Assembly (NCBI RefSeq): GCF_037902255.1
Contig: NZ_CP147990.1
Span: 4,500,001 to 4,532,000 of the forward strand
DNA length: 32,000 nucleotides
From: Candidatus Electrothrix sp. GW3-4
Lineage (GTDB): Bacteria > Desulfobacterota > Desulfobulbia > Desulfobulbales > Desulfobulbaceae
Direction of reading: 5' to 3'
In this document: positions 7,588-14,290 of the stretch, piece by piece
Layout of the letters: each line of letters starts with the position of its first letter
Position numbering within the stretch: the first letter of the stretch is position 1
Notes under the pieces: model-generated
What the model saw: the letters and a program-made list of their open reading frames with translations, nothing else
Database searches by the model: none
Told to the model about the DNA's origin: nothing
Made by a program: the position numbers and the translations under genes

Positions 7588-7985
7588 CTTCCTGTCAACA
7601 TCTTTTACAAGGATTTTTTGCGAAAATCAAGTATGATTAAAAGGAAATCTGAAAAAGATCAAACGACGTCTCTTGCGAACCGTTATTCTTTTTTGGGAAG
7701 AAATCTACCCTAACCGATCTCAATAAAATATAATTTCAGCTAAAGGTCGGGCAAGAACTCTCTCTCTCAAACCAAACGCTGATGTGAGAACGGCTGGCAT
7801 ACTCCTCTATGACAAGACTATAAGAATTTTCCCGATAATAAACTTGACAGCGGAGATAGTTTTTCATTCGAGCTTGTTTTTACGGGCGTGACATGATATT
7901 TTAGTCTAAAATTATTGAGAGTTTTCAAGCTGTCCATTCACACATCCGCCTGCCCGCAAGCTTATACCGACAGGACGAGCAACGT

Positions 7986-9263
7986 ATGACCAGAGTTAGC
8001 CCGCCAGAAAAGGGTCAACATCCATCGTCAAGAAAAGGATTTTTCTTTGAAAAAACCGTTGCCAACACTCCGGTCTCCTATGAAAAAAGCTCCCCCATCT
8101 ATTCTTTGCTTAACGGTCAACGGGTTGGTCAGATTCCCATAGATGAACATAAGGAAATCGACAAAGAAGAGTTGATCGGCTACCGAAGAACTGTTGCTGG
8201 TCTTGAGTGGCTGCTGTTGGTCCTTGTCCTTCTCTGCACGAGCCTTCCCTGGGTACATATTCCTGAACCAATGCTTCTGCATGCAAGCATGATAGCATTT
8301 ACTGCCTTCATCTGTGTGCTTCATTATATATGGCGCAGTCATGACGGAACACGTTGGAAGCTTTCCCTGAATATGTGGGGAATGACCTTTTTTATTACAG
8401 CTGTTGTTTGGGAAACCGGTTCGTTATCAAGCCCGCTGCTGCCCCTCTATTTTGTTATTATTATGCTGGCTGGCACCACGCTGGGTGTTCTGTCAACCAT
8501 CTTGGGTACCCTTCTTGTCACGCTCTGTTACCTGTTTCTTGGCGCTGTTGAACTCGGTTTTTTTCTCGAAGAAACCTCTGTCACTTTTCATGCAGAGCAC
8601 CTTACTCAACCGATTATCCAGCTTTTTCTCCTGTGGCTCCTTGCCTATTTTGTCACCCTGATCTCTAAAGAAACAGACAGGACAAAGGATAAAATCCGGC
8701 AATTATCGCGCACAGACCAGCTGACCGGCCTGTGGAATATGAAAATGCTGCTGATTTTTATGCAGCGAGAGTATCAGCGAATCCTGGCAAAAACCGGGAG
8801 ATTCTCGGTGCTCATGATTGATGCAGACAGCCTCAAGGCGGTCAATGATCTCTATGGACATCACGCCGGAACCATGTTGATTGTCTCTATCTCAGAGACC
8901 ATGCGCTCGGAATTACGTGAAGAGGATATGTTGGCCAGATTTGGCGGCGATGAATTTGTGGCCTTTCTCCCGGATACCACCTGTCAGAAGGCCTGGGAAG
9001 TTGCCGAGAGAATGCGGATTAAGATAGCTGAAGCCCCTCTGGACTACGAAGGAAACCCCTTGAGTATAACCGTCAGCTGCGGCATAGCCTGCTATCCTGA
9101 ACACGGACAAGGCCTGACCCAGATTATGAAAATGGCAGACAAGGCCCTCTACACAAGCAAGGGGAATGGAAAAAACCAATGCACTATTTTTGAACCGCCA
9201 GCAACAGCAGGCGCAGCCTCTTCCTCCCCTTGCAGTCAGCAGGCGCAAGAAACCCTGAAATAG
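7986..9263 (+). CDS. Membrane-anchored diguanylate cyclase (GGDEF) with an intact I-site
   Basis: 425 aa. About six hydrophobic segments occupy the N-terminal half. Then RTDQLTGLWN...IDADSLKAVNDLYGHHAGT...LREEDMLARFGGDEFVAFL. RxxD (REED) sits five residues before GGDEF. Confidence 0.9.
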   Translation: MTRVSPPEKGQHPSSRKGFFFEKTVANTPVSYEKSSPIYSLLNGQRVGQIPIDEHKEIDKEELIGYRRTVAGLEWLLLVLVLLCTSLPWVHIPEPMLLHASMIAFTAFICVLHYIWRSHDGTRWKLSLNMWGMTFFITAVVWETGSLSSPLLPLYFVIIMLAGTTLGVLSTILGTLLVTLCYLFLGAVELGFFLEETSVTFHAEHLTQPIIQLFLLWLLAYFVTLISKETDRTKDKIRQLSRTDQLTGLWNMKMLLIFMQREYQRILAKTGRFSVLMIDADSLKAVNDLYGHHAGTMLIVSISETMRSELREEDMLARFGGDEFVAFLPDTTCQKAWEVAERMRIKIAEAPLDYEGNPLSITVSCGIACYPEHGQGLTQIMKMADKALYTSKGNGKNQCTIFEPPATAGAASSSPCSQQAQETLK

Positions 9264-9291
9264 GGTCGTGTTTTCTTACTTCAACACGACC
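9264..9291. terminator. 9-bp hairpin between the convergent GGDEF and hisHF genes, overlapping the hisHF stop codon
   Basis: GGTCGTGTT (9264-9272), a 10-nt loop, AACACGACC (9283-9291). There is no T-tract on either side, so it is not a canonical intrinsic terminator. Confidence 0.3.
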
Positions 9292-10858
9292 TGATCTCCA
9301 CCCTATTATCCTGCAAGAACTGTTTCACCTGCCCGATCGGCACTTCTTTTCGGTGAAAGATGCCCGCAGCTAGGGCTGCCTCAGCATCGGTCCTGGTAAA
9401 AACTTCCAGAAAATGCTCTGCACATCCGGCTCCACTTGAAGCAATAACCGGAATAGTGACTACTTCCTTGACCGCGTTGATCAGCTCCAGATCAAAGCCG
9501 GAATTGGTTCCATCCTTATCAATACAGTTCAGGAGAATTTCTCCGGCACCCAATTGTTCACAGACCTTGGCTAAGGTAACCGCATCAAGCTCGCGTCCTT
9601 CACGCCCGCCCAGAACCGTACATTGGTACCAGCAATACTCTTCCCCGTTTTTGCCAGGAAATACTGTCTTGATGACCGGATGAGGGGTATCATCGGGATG
9701 CTGCACATAAACCCGTCTTGGATCCACAGAGATCACCACGGCCTGATTGCCATAGACCCGGGCGATCTGCTCGATAGAACTGAGTCCGGTGGCCTTGCCA
9801 GTCTTAATAACCTCTTCGACAATCAACACCGCATCGGAGCCAATAGAGACCTTATCAGCTCCAGAGCGAAAATACTCGGAAGCCACCTCAAGGGCTGAGT
9901 AAAACGTGCCGTTACGGTCGGTGAAATCACGAATCCCGCCCCCAACAGTCAGGGGGACAAAGACTTTTTCTGAAGTTTTTTGCAGCACCTTCATCATCGG
10001 CATGTCCTGGAGGGGAAAATCACGAAAGGCGGTAATATTGAGGAAGGTCACCTCATCAGCCCCTTGCTCGTAATAGTCCTGGGCCAGCTCAACCGGCAGC
10101 CCCAGATTACGCACATTCCCATCCTCGCGCACATCATACTGATCGCCCTTGGTCACCACCAGATCACCTTGGTCATTGGAGCGGACATCAAGGCAAGCAA
10201 TAATGCGCTCTGCTAACTTGGTCTCTGTTGGACAGGATTGCGGAACCACTGCCTCCCGGCTGCTATCAAGAAAATTCTCCAGCAACTTCAAGCCAGCCTT
10301 GCCGCTCTTTTCCGGGTGAAATTGGGTGGCAATGATATTCCCCTTCTGTACCGAGCTGACAAACTCACAGCCGTAATTCGTGGTGGTCAACACATCAGCG
10401 GTACGAGCTGCTTCCACATGATAGGAATGGACAAAATAGAGCTTTTCCTCTCCTGTAAAACCGTGAAAGATTCGGGAAGGCTGATGCACCGTAATCCCGT
10501 TCCAACCTATATGAGGAACAGCGAGGTCCGTGTCAAAACGCTTCACCCGGCCCGGAATAATACCGAGTCCAGATTCTTCGGGGGCCTCCTCACTGGAATT
10601 AAACAGGGCCTGAAGAGCGACACAAATCCCGAAAAATGGGCGATCCTCATGGAGGTAGCGTAAAAGTGGTTCAATAAGTTGCTGGTCCCGCAAGCTCTGC
10701 ATCATGGCGCCATAATTGCCTACGCCAGGAAAAACCAGTCGCTCTGCCTTGGCAATATCCGCAGGGGAATTAACCCTTACCACTGTTTCACCTAGGCTTT
10801 CCAGGGCATTTACTACTGAGCGTACATTACCGGCACCGTAATCTAACAGGGTAATCAT
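9281..10858 (-). CDS. hisHF: Fused imidazole glycerol phosphate synthase (HisH glutaminase plus HisF cyclase in one polypeptide)
   Basis: 525 aa. The N-terminus is a class-I amidotransferase (MITLLDYGAGNVRSV..., GICVALQ, ATQFHPEKSG). The C-terminus is a HisF barrel (RIIACLDVRSNDQGDLVVTKGDQYDVRE...ADEVTFLNITAF...PLTVGGGIRD...ILLNCIDKDGTNSGFDLEL...IASSGAG). Confidence 0.93.
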   Translation of the reverse strand: MITLLDYGAGNVRSVVNALESLGETVVRVNSPADIAKAERLVFPGVGNYGAMMQSLRDQQLIEPLLRYLHEDRPFFGICVALQALFNSSEEAPEESGLGIIPGRVKRFDTDLAVPHIGWNGITVHQPSRIFHGFTGEEKLYFVHSYHVEAARTADVLTTTNYGCEFVSSVQKGNIIATQFHPEKSGKAGLKLLENFLDSSREAVVPQSCPTETKLAERIIACLDVRSNDQGDLVVTKGDQYDVREDGNVRNLGLPVELAQDYYEQGADEVTFLNITAFRDFPLQDMPMMKVLQKTSEKVFVPLTVGGGIRDFTDRNGTFYSALEVASEYFRSGADKVSIGSDAVLIVEEVIKTGKATGLSSIEQIARVYGNQAVVISVDPRRVYVQHPDDTPHPVIKTVFPGKNGEEYCWYQCTVLGGREGRELDAVTLAKVCEQLGAGEILLNCIDKDGTNSGFDLELINAVKEVVTIPVIASSGAGCAEHFLEVFTRTDAEAALAAGIFHRKEVPIGQVKQFLQDNRVEIRSC

Positions 10859-11017
10859 GGGAATCTGTCCACCTTGTCTTGCTAAAATTTTCTGAGGATT
10901 ATCTTCGTGTCAAACTGCCAAAAAGATACTTAGAAAGGTTTGCGGGACAAGTCAAGGAGTATGGTTTTTTTGAAGAGATTTTTATTTTTTTAGGGAGAGA
11001 GTCAAAACCTTCTTGCC

Positions 11018-11047
11018 AAAAAAAAAGGCCGCCCTCTAAGGGCGGCC
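11018..11047 (-). terminator. Rho-independent terminator of the mini-dsrC ORF
   Basis: On the minus strand: GGCCGCCC / 5-nt loop / GGGCGGCC, an 8-bp GC stem (11027-11047). It is followed by nine U (plus-strand A-run 11018-11026). It starts about 33 nt after the TAA at 11081-11083. Confidence 0.8.
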
Positions 11048-11080
11048 CTTGCAAACTTCACGTCAGTTCAGGTCTCTTAC

Positions 11081-11168
11081 TTACGCACAACCTGTCGGCT
11101 TGGGCAGGTCTGTCATCTTACATGCGCCTTTACCAGGTCCTGACCAGAAGGGCTCGTAGTTCTTCTTC
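11081..11168 (-). repeat. Copy B of the duplicated dsrC 3' end
   Basis: Aligns without gaps to 11651-11738. I counted 71 of 88 positions identical by hand. Similarity stops abruptly beyond ~88 nt. Confidence 0.8.
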
Positions 11169-11242
11169 GGAGCAGCATTCGCTTTTTTGTTAACACCTAC
11201 TGCGGCCTTTTCAGACTTGTTGCAACATTGAGTTTCGGACAT
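11081..11242 (-). CDS. 53-aa 'mini-DsrC': stand-alone DsrC C-terminal arm (C-x10-C) on a novel N-terminus
   Basis: Below the ORF-track cutoff. AAGGAG, then 7 nt, then ATG (11242). Translation: MSETQCCNKSEKAAVGVNKKANAAPKKNYEPFWSGPGKGACKMTDLPKPTGCA, ending in TAA. The tail aligns with the dsrC tail YELFPSGPGKGACKMAGLPKPTGCV. It has its own terminator. Confidence 0.65.
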   Translation of the reverse strand: MSETQCCNKSEKAAVGVNKKANAAPKKNYEPFWSGPGKGACKMTDLPKPTGCA

Positions 11243-11431
11243 TGTTGTTCTCCTTGTTTTAAGTTGAAAGGGTTTATTATGCGCTATGCATCAACAGCTT
11301 ACTTTCTCAATATGCTTATTAGCGAGATTTTCAGAAAAAAATGTGTGCTTGTTACGTCGTGTTCTCTGACGTAGAACTGATATAATTACTTTTGTAAAAA
11401 ACTATACAGACACCTTAAGCATAAAGTCAAT

Positions 11432-11455
11432 ACATATTGTTTGGAAACAATATGT
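11432..11455. promoter_or_regulatory. 24-bp palindrome ACATATTGTTT-GG-AAACAATATGT between dsrC and mini-dsrC
   Basis: Perfect 11-nt arms (11432-11442 and 11445-11455) with a 2-nt centre. It sits in the AT-rich spacer about 190 nt upstream of the mini-dsrC ATG and about 130 nt downstream of the dsrC terminator. Confidence 0.4.
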
Positions 11456-11587
11456 TGTGAGTGGTTCTCATTCTTGGATCGCCGAAAAAACATTGCGCCA
11501 CAATAAGATTCATCTCTCTTGTGTTAAGAAAAAAATTCCTTTCATCAACATCGTCACATAACAGCAAGGAGAGCAGATAAAAAGCAT

Positions 11588-11618
11588 AAAAAAAAAGGGC
11601 TACCCAAATGGGTAGCCC
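11588..11618 (-). terminator. Rho-independent terminator of dsrC
   Basis: On the minus strand: GGGCTACCC / AUUU loop / GGGTAGCCC, a 9-bp stem (11597-11618). It is followed by nine U (plus-strand A-run 11588-11596), about 32 nt after the dsrC stop. Confidence 0.85.
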
Positions 11619-11650
11619 TTTAGAACTTGCGTCCAGTCCAGCGCTACAGC

Positions 11651-11738
11651 TTATACACAACCTGTAGGTTTGGGCAGACCAGCCATCTTACAGGCGCCTT
11701 TACCAGGTCCTGATGGGAACAGCTCGTAGATTCTCTTC
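11651..11738 (-). repeat. Copy A (parental) of the duplicated dsrC 3' end
   Basis: See 11081-11168. Confidence 0.8.
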
Positions 11739-11971
11739 AGCGGGAACCCTGTGGTCTTGGAAAGAATACGTACCATGGGAGCAATACCGTTCTTCTTGTA
11801 GTACTCCTGCAGGGCATCAATAACTTTCTGATGCTCATCGGTCATGTCGTTGATTCCCTCAACACTTTTTACGTAGTCAACCCAGTTCTCATCCCACTCC
11901 TCAGAACCGTTCAACAGGAAGCCGTCTTCATCAACCTCGTAGCTGGTACCATTGTGCTCAATAGATGCCAT
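11651..11971 (-). CDS. dsrC: DsrC, dissimilatory sulfite reductase gamma-type sulfur carrier (TusE/DsrC family, reductive type)
   Basis: 106 aa: ...YEVDEDGFLL...DEHQKVIDALQEYYKKNGIAPMVRILSKTTGF...YELFPSGPGKGACKMAGLPKPTGCV. Both conserved Cys are present. The sequence is close to Desulfovibrio-type DsrC as I recall it. SD: AAGGGAG upstream of the ATG. Confidence 0.95.
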   Translation of the reverse strand: MASIEHNGTSYEVDEDGFLLNGSEEWDENWVDYVKSVEGINDMTDEHQKVIDALQEYYKKNGIAPMVRILSKTTGFPLKRIYELFPSGPGKGACKMAGLPKPTGCV

Positions 11972-12178
11972 TGTTTTTCTCCCTTGGTAAAAATAAGTAT
12001 GAAATGAATAAAAAATTATTCACTGTTTATATCCTATTGATGATGATGGCAACACTTACTATAGGATATTCTCTTTGTCAAGAGTTCTCGCTCGTTTTTT
12101 AACTATTATTTTCCTCCTCAGCCTCCCCACAGAAGCAGATTACACAATAATTGGCTTTTTCCTTGATAACCTGCTATG

Positions 12179-12208
12179 TTTATCGCCTCAGAGTTGAATA
12201 CATATAAT
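12179..12208 (+). promoter_or_regulatory. Candidate promoter for ppiD (perfect TATAAT)
   Basis: TATAAT at 12203-12208. A weak -35 (TTTATC, 12179-12184) lies 18 nt upstream. The ATG at 12249 is ~40 nt downstream. Confidence 0.3.
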
Positions 12209-12248
12209 CCGATTTCTTTGAATAACGATCTTTGGAGACCTCTATATC

Positions 12249-14150
12249 ATGTTGAATATCTTGCGCAAACAAGCTCAATCTCCCCTGATTCAGGCGTTGG
12301 TGCTCATCATTGCCATTGTTTTTATCTTTTGGGGTGTCGGTGGGCAGGGCAATAAGGGGCGTACTCCCGTCGCCACTGTCAACAAAGTCGATATCTCCCG
12401 CCAGGACTATATGCAGGCCTATAATCGAGCCGTTGATAATTTTCGTCAACAATTCGGTGGAAATATCCCCCCTGCTTTACTGGAGCAATTAGGTATTAAG
12501 CAGCAGGTCCTCAGCCAACTGATTCAATCGGAGCTGCTGCGTCAGGGCGGTGAAGAGATAGGCGTCAGGATCAGTGATCTTATGGTGCAGGAAAAAATAA
12601 AAAACATGGAGGTGTTCCAGGAAGAGGGCCGCTTCAATCAGCAGCGCTATGAAGATCTGCTCGCAAGAAATCGCATGACACCTACTGTTTTTGAAGACAG
12701 CATCAAATCTGATCTCCGGGCCAATCGCGTAACCTCGGATCTTGCTGACTTTGCCTTGGTTCCTGATAATGAGATTGATCGCTGGCTGGCCTATAACGAG
12801 GAAGAAGTAAAACTTGCCTATGTACAATTCAAGGCTGCTGACTTTGAAGACAAGGTGGAGATAAAGGAAGATGAGCTGGCGACCTGGTTCACGAAAAACA
12901 AAGAAACATACCGCTCTGAGCCGAAAATCAGCCTGAAATATCTGGTCTTCAACCTCGATGAAGATATGGAGCAGGTCAAGCCGGATGAAGAAGAGATTCG
13001 AGCCCTGTACGAGAGCCGGAAAGAAAGCTATCAGCAGCCAGAAGAGCGTCACGCCCGCCATATCCTTTTCAAAACCAGCGAAGGTGACAGTGAAGCCGTG
13101 CGGGCGGAGAAAAAGAAAAAGGCCGAAGAGGTCCGCCTGCTTGCCCGCAAGGAGGGCAGTGATTTTAGTGCGCTGGCCAAAGAATACTCCGAAGGACCGA
13201 CAAAAGAGAGAGGCGGCGATCTGGGCTTTTTCTCCAACGGACGTATGGTTCCTGCCTTTGATCAGGCTGTTTTTTCTCTTCAGCCCGGAGAGGTCAGCGA
13301 GGTCGTCGAGACCCAGTTCGGCTATCATGTCATCAAACTGGAAGAAGTCCGCCCTGCCTCTGTCCGCAGCTTTGACCAGGTTAAAGATAATCTGGCCGTC
13401 ACTCTGAAAAAACAAGAGGCAAAAAAGCTCACCTTCCAACGAGTCACCAAGGCCTACGAAGGGATTATGCGCTCCGGTAGTCTGGAGAAATACAGCAAGG
13501 ACGGCGAGGCAGAGATTAAGAGCTCTGATTATTTTTCCCGTAAAGACGTACCTGAGGGAATGATCAAGGACCCAAAATTTCTTGATGTTGCCTTTAGCCT
13601 CAAGCAGGGAGAGCTCTCTTCGATAGTCGAAACAGGGGACGGGTATGCGATCCTCTTTGTTGATGACATTCAACAACCTGAACTTCCCGAACTTGCTGCA
13701 GTACGGGAGCAGGTTCTTGCCGACTATCGCAAGGAAAAGGCCGAGGAACTTGCTGCCAAGGCCGCTGATGAACTCTTAGCGGCAAGCAAGGAACAGGGGG
13801 GTCTGCAGCAGGCTGGCCAAGAGCAGGAAAACACGCCGGAGATAAAGATAACAGACTTTCTGCACCGCTCTGCACAGGGGAAAGACCTGCCACCAAGCCA
13901 ACTTGTTCAGGCAAGCTTTCAGGTGCCTTGGAAGCAGAAGTTGGCACAAAGCCCGGTGCAGGTCGGCACCTCATACTATCTCTTTGAGGTCGCTGAACGA
14001 AGAGCCGGGGCAGAAAAGGCCAATAGTGCCAAACGGGATGAGGCAAGGGAAAAATTATTGGCATCGGCACGAAAGGAATTGGTCACCTCCTGGGTGGCTG
14101 CCCTTCAGGCCCGTTCCACCATAGCCACCAATGAGTCTTTACTGCAATAA
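12249..14150 (+). CDS. ppiD: Periplasmic chaperone PpiD (N-terminal anchor, SurA-like domain, parvulin PPIase domain)
   Basis: 633 aa. N-terminal TM (LIQALVLIIAIVFIFWGV). Parvulin block HARHILF...LAKEYSEGPTKERGGDLGFF...MVPAFDQAVF...GEVSEVVETQFGYHVIKL. Confidence 0.9.
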   Translation: MLNILRKQAQSPLIQALVLIIAIVFIFWGVGGQGNKGRTPVATVNKVDISRQDYMQAYNRAVDNFRQQFGGNIPPALLEQLGIKQQVLSQLIQSELLRQGGEEIGVRISDLMVQEKIKNMEVFQEEGRFNQQRYEDLLARNRMTPTVFEDSIKSDLRANRVTSDLADFALVPDNEIDRWLAYNEEEVKLAYVQFKAADFEDKVEIKEDELATWFTKNKETYRSEPKISLKYLVFNLDEDMEQVKPDEEEIRALYESRKESYQQPEERHARHILFKTSEGDSEAVRAEKKKKAEEVRLLARKEGSDFSALAKEYSEGPTKERGGDLGFFSNGRMVPAFDQAVFSLQPGEVSEVVETQFGYHVIKLEEVRPASVRSFDQVKDNLAVTLKKQEAKKLTFQRVTKAYEGIMRSGSLEKYSKDGEAEIKSSDYFSRKDVPEGMIKDPKFLDVAFSLKQGELSSIVETGDGYAILFVDDIQQPELPELAAVREQVLADYRKEKAEELAAKAADELLAASKEQGGLQQAGQEQENTPEIKITDFLHRSAQGKDLPPSQLVQASFQVPWKQKLAQSPVQVGTSYYLFEVAERRAGAEKANSAKRDEAREKLLASARKELVTSWVAALQARSTIATNESLLQ

Positions 14151-14188
14151 CTCCAATAGGCCTTTGATCATCCCATATAGTGTATAAC

Positions 14189-14221
14189 CAGACGGGGCGA
14201 AAGCTCCGTCTGTTCTTTTCT
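14189..14221 (+). terminator. Rho-independent terminator of ppiD (GAAA tetraloop)
   Basis: CAGACGGGGC GAAA GCTCCGTCTG forms a 10-bp stem with one G-U pair (14189-14212). It is followed by TTCTTTTCT. Confidence 0.75.
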
Positions 14222-14290
14222 GGAGCGTTCACAAGAATCCCTCTCCGAGCGCAAAGACAACAACTTACCTCTCTTCCCATTAAGAAAGAC

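Noticed and set aside
7834-7852. Fur-box-like GATAATAAACTTGACAGCG in the feo/GGDEF divergent region
   Set aside because: Only about 9 of 19 positions match the Fur consensus, all in one half-site.
10879-11193. 104-aa plus-strand ORF
   Set aside because: It runs through the mini-dsrC terminator hairpin and is antisense to the SD-equipped small ORF. It has a TTG start and no protein-like features.
11427-11660. 77-aa minus-strand ORF in the dsrC / mini-dsrC spacer
   Set aside because: It begins inside the dsrC 3' end and reads straight through the dsrC terminator and poly-U. It is AT-rich and of low complexity.
12058-12081. Perfect TTGACA plus TATAGT upstream of dsrC as its promoter
   Set aside because: The hexamers are only 12 nt apart, which is incompatible with sigma70 spacing. 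The true dsrC promoter is not identified.
12151-12166. TGGC-N7-TTGA sigma54-like element upstream of ppiD
   Set aside because: The -12 element is GA, not GC, and no other support exists.
12489-13676. 395-aa ORF antisense to ppiD
   Set aside because: It lies entirely within and opposite a well-supported gene. It is Leu/Phe-rich and low in complexity, mirroring the Lys/Glu-rich codons of ppiD.
14180-14290. N-terminal extension of the SNF2 ORF (GTG at 14180)
   Set aside because: The extension overlaps the ppiD terminator hairpin and T-tract. ATG 14291 is the more plausible start.
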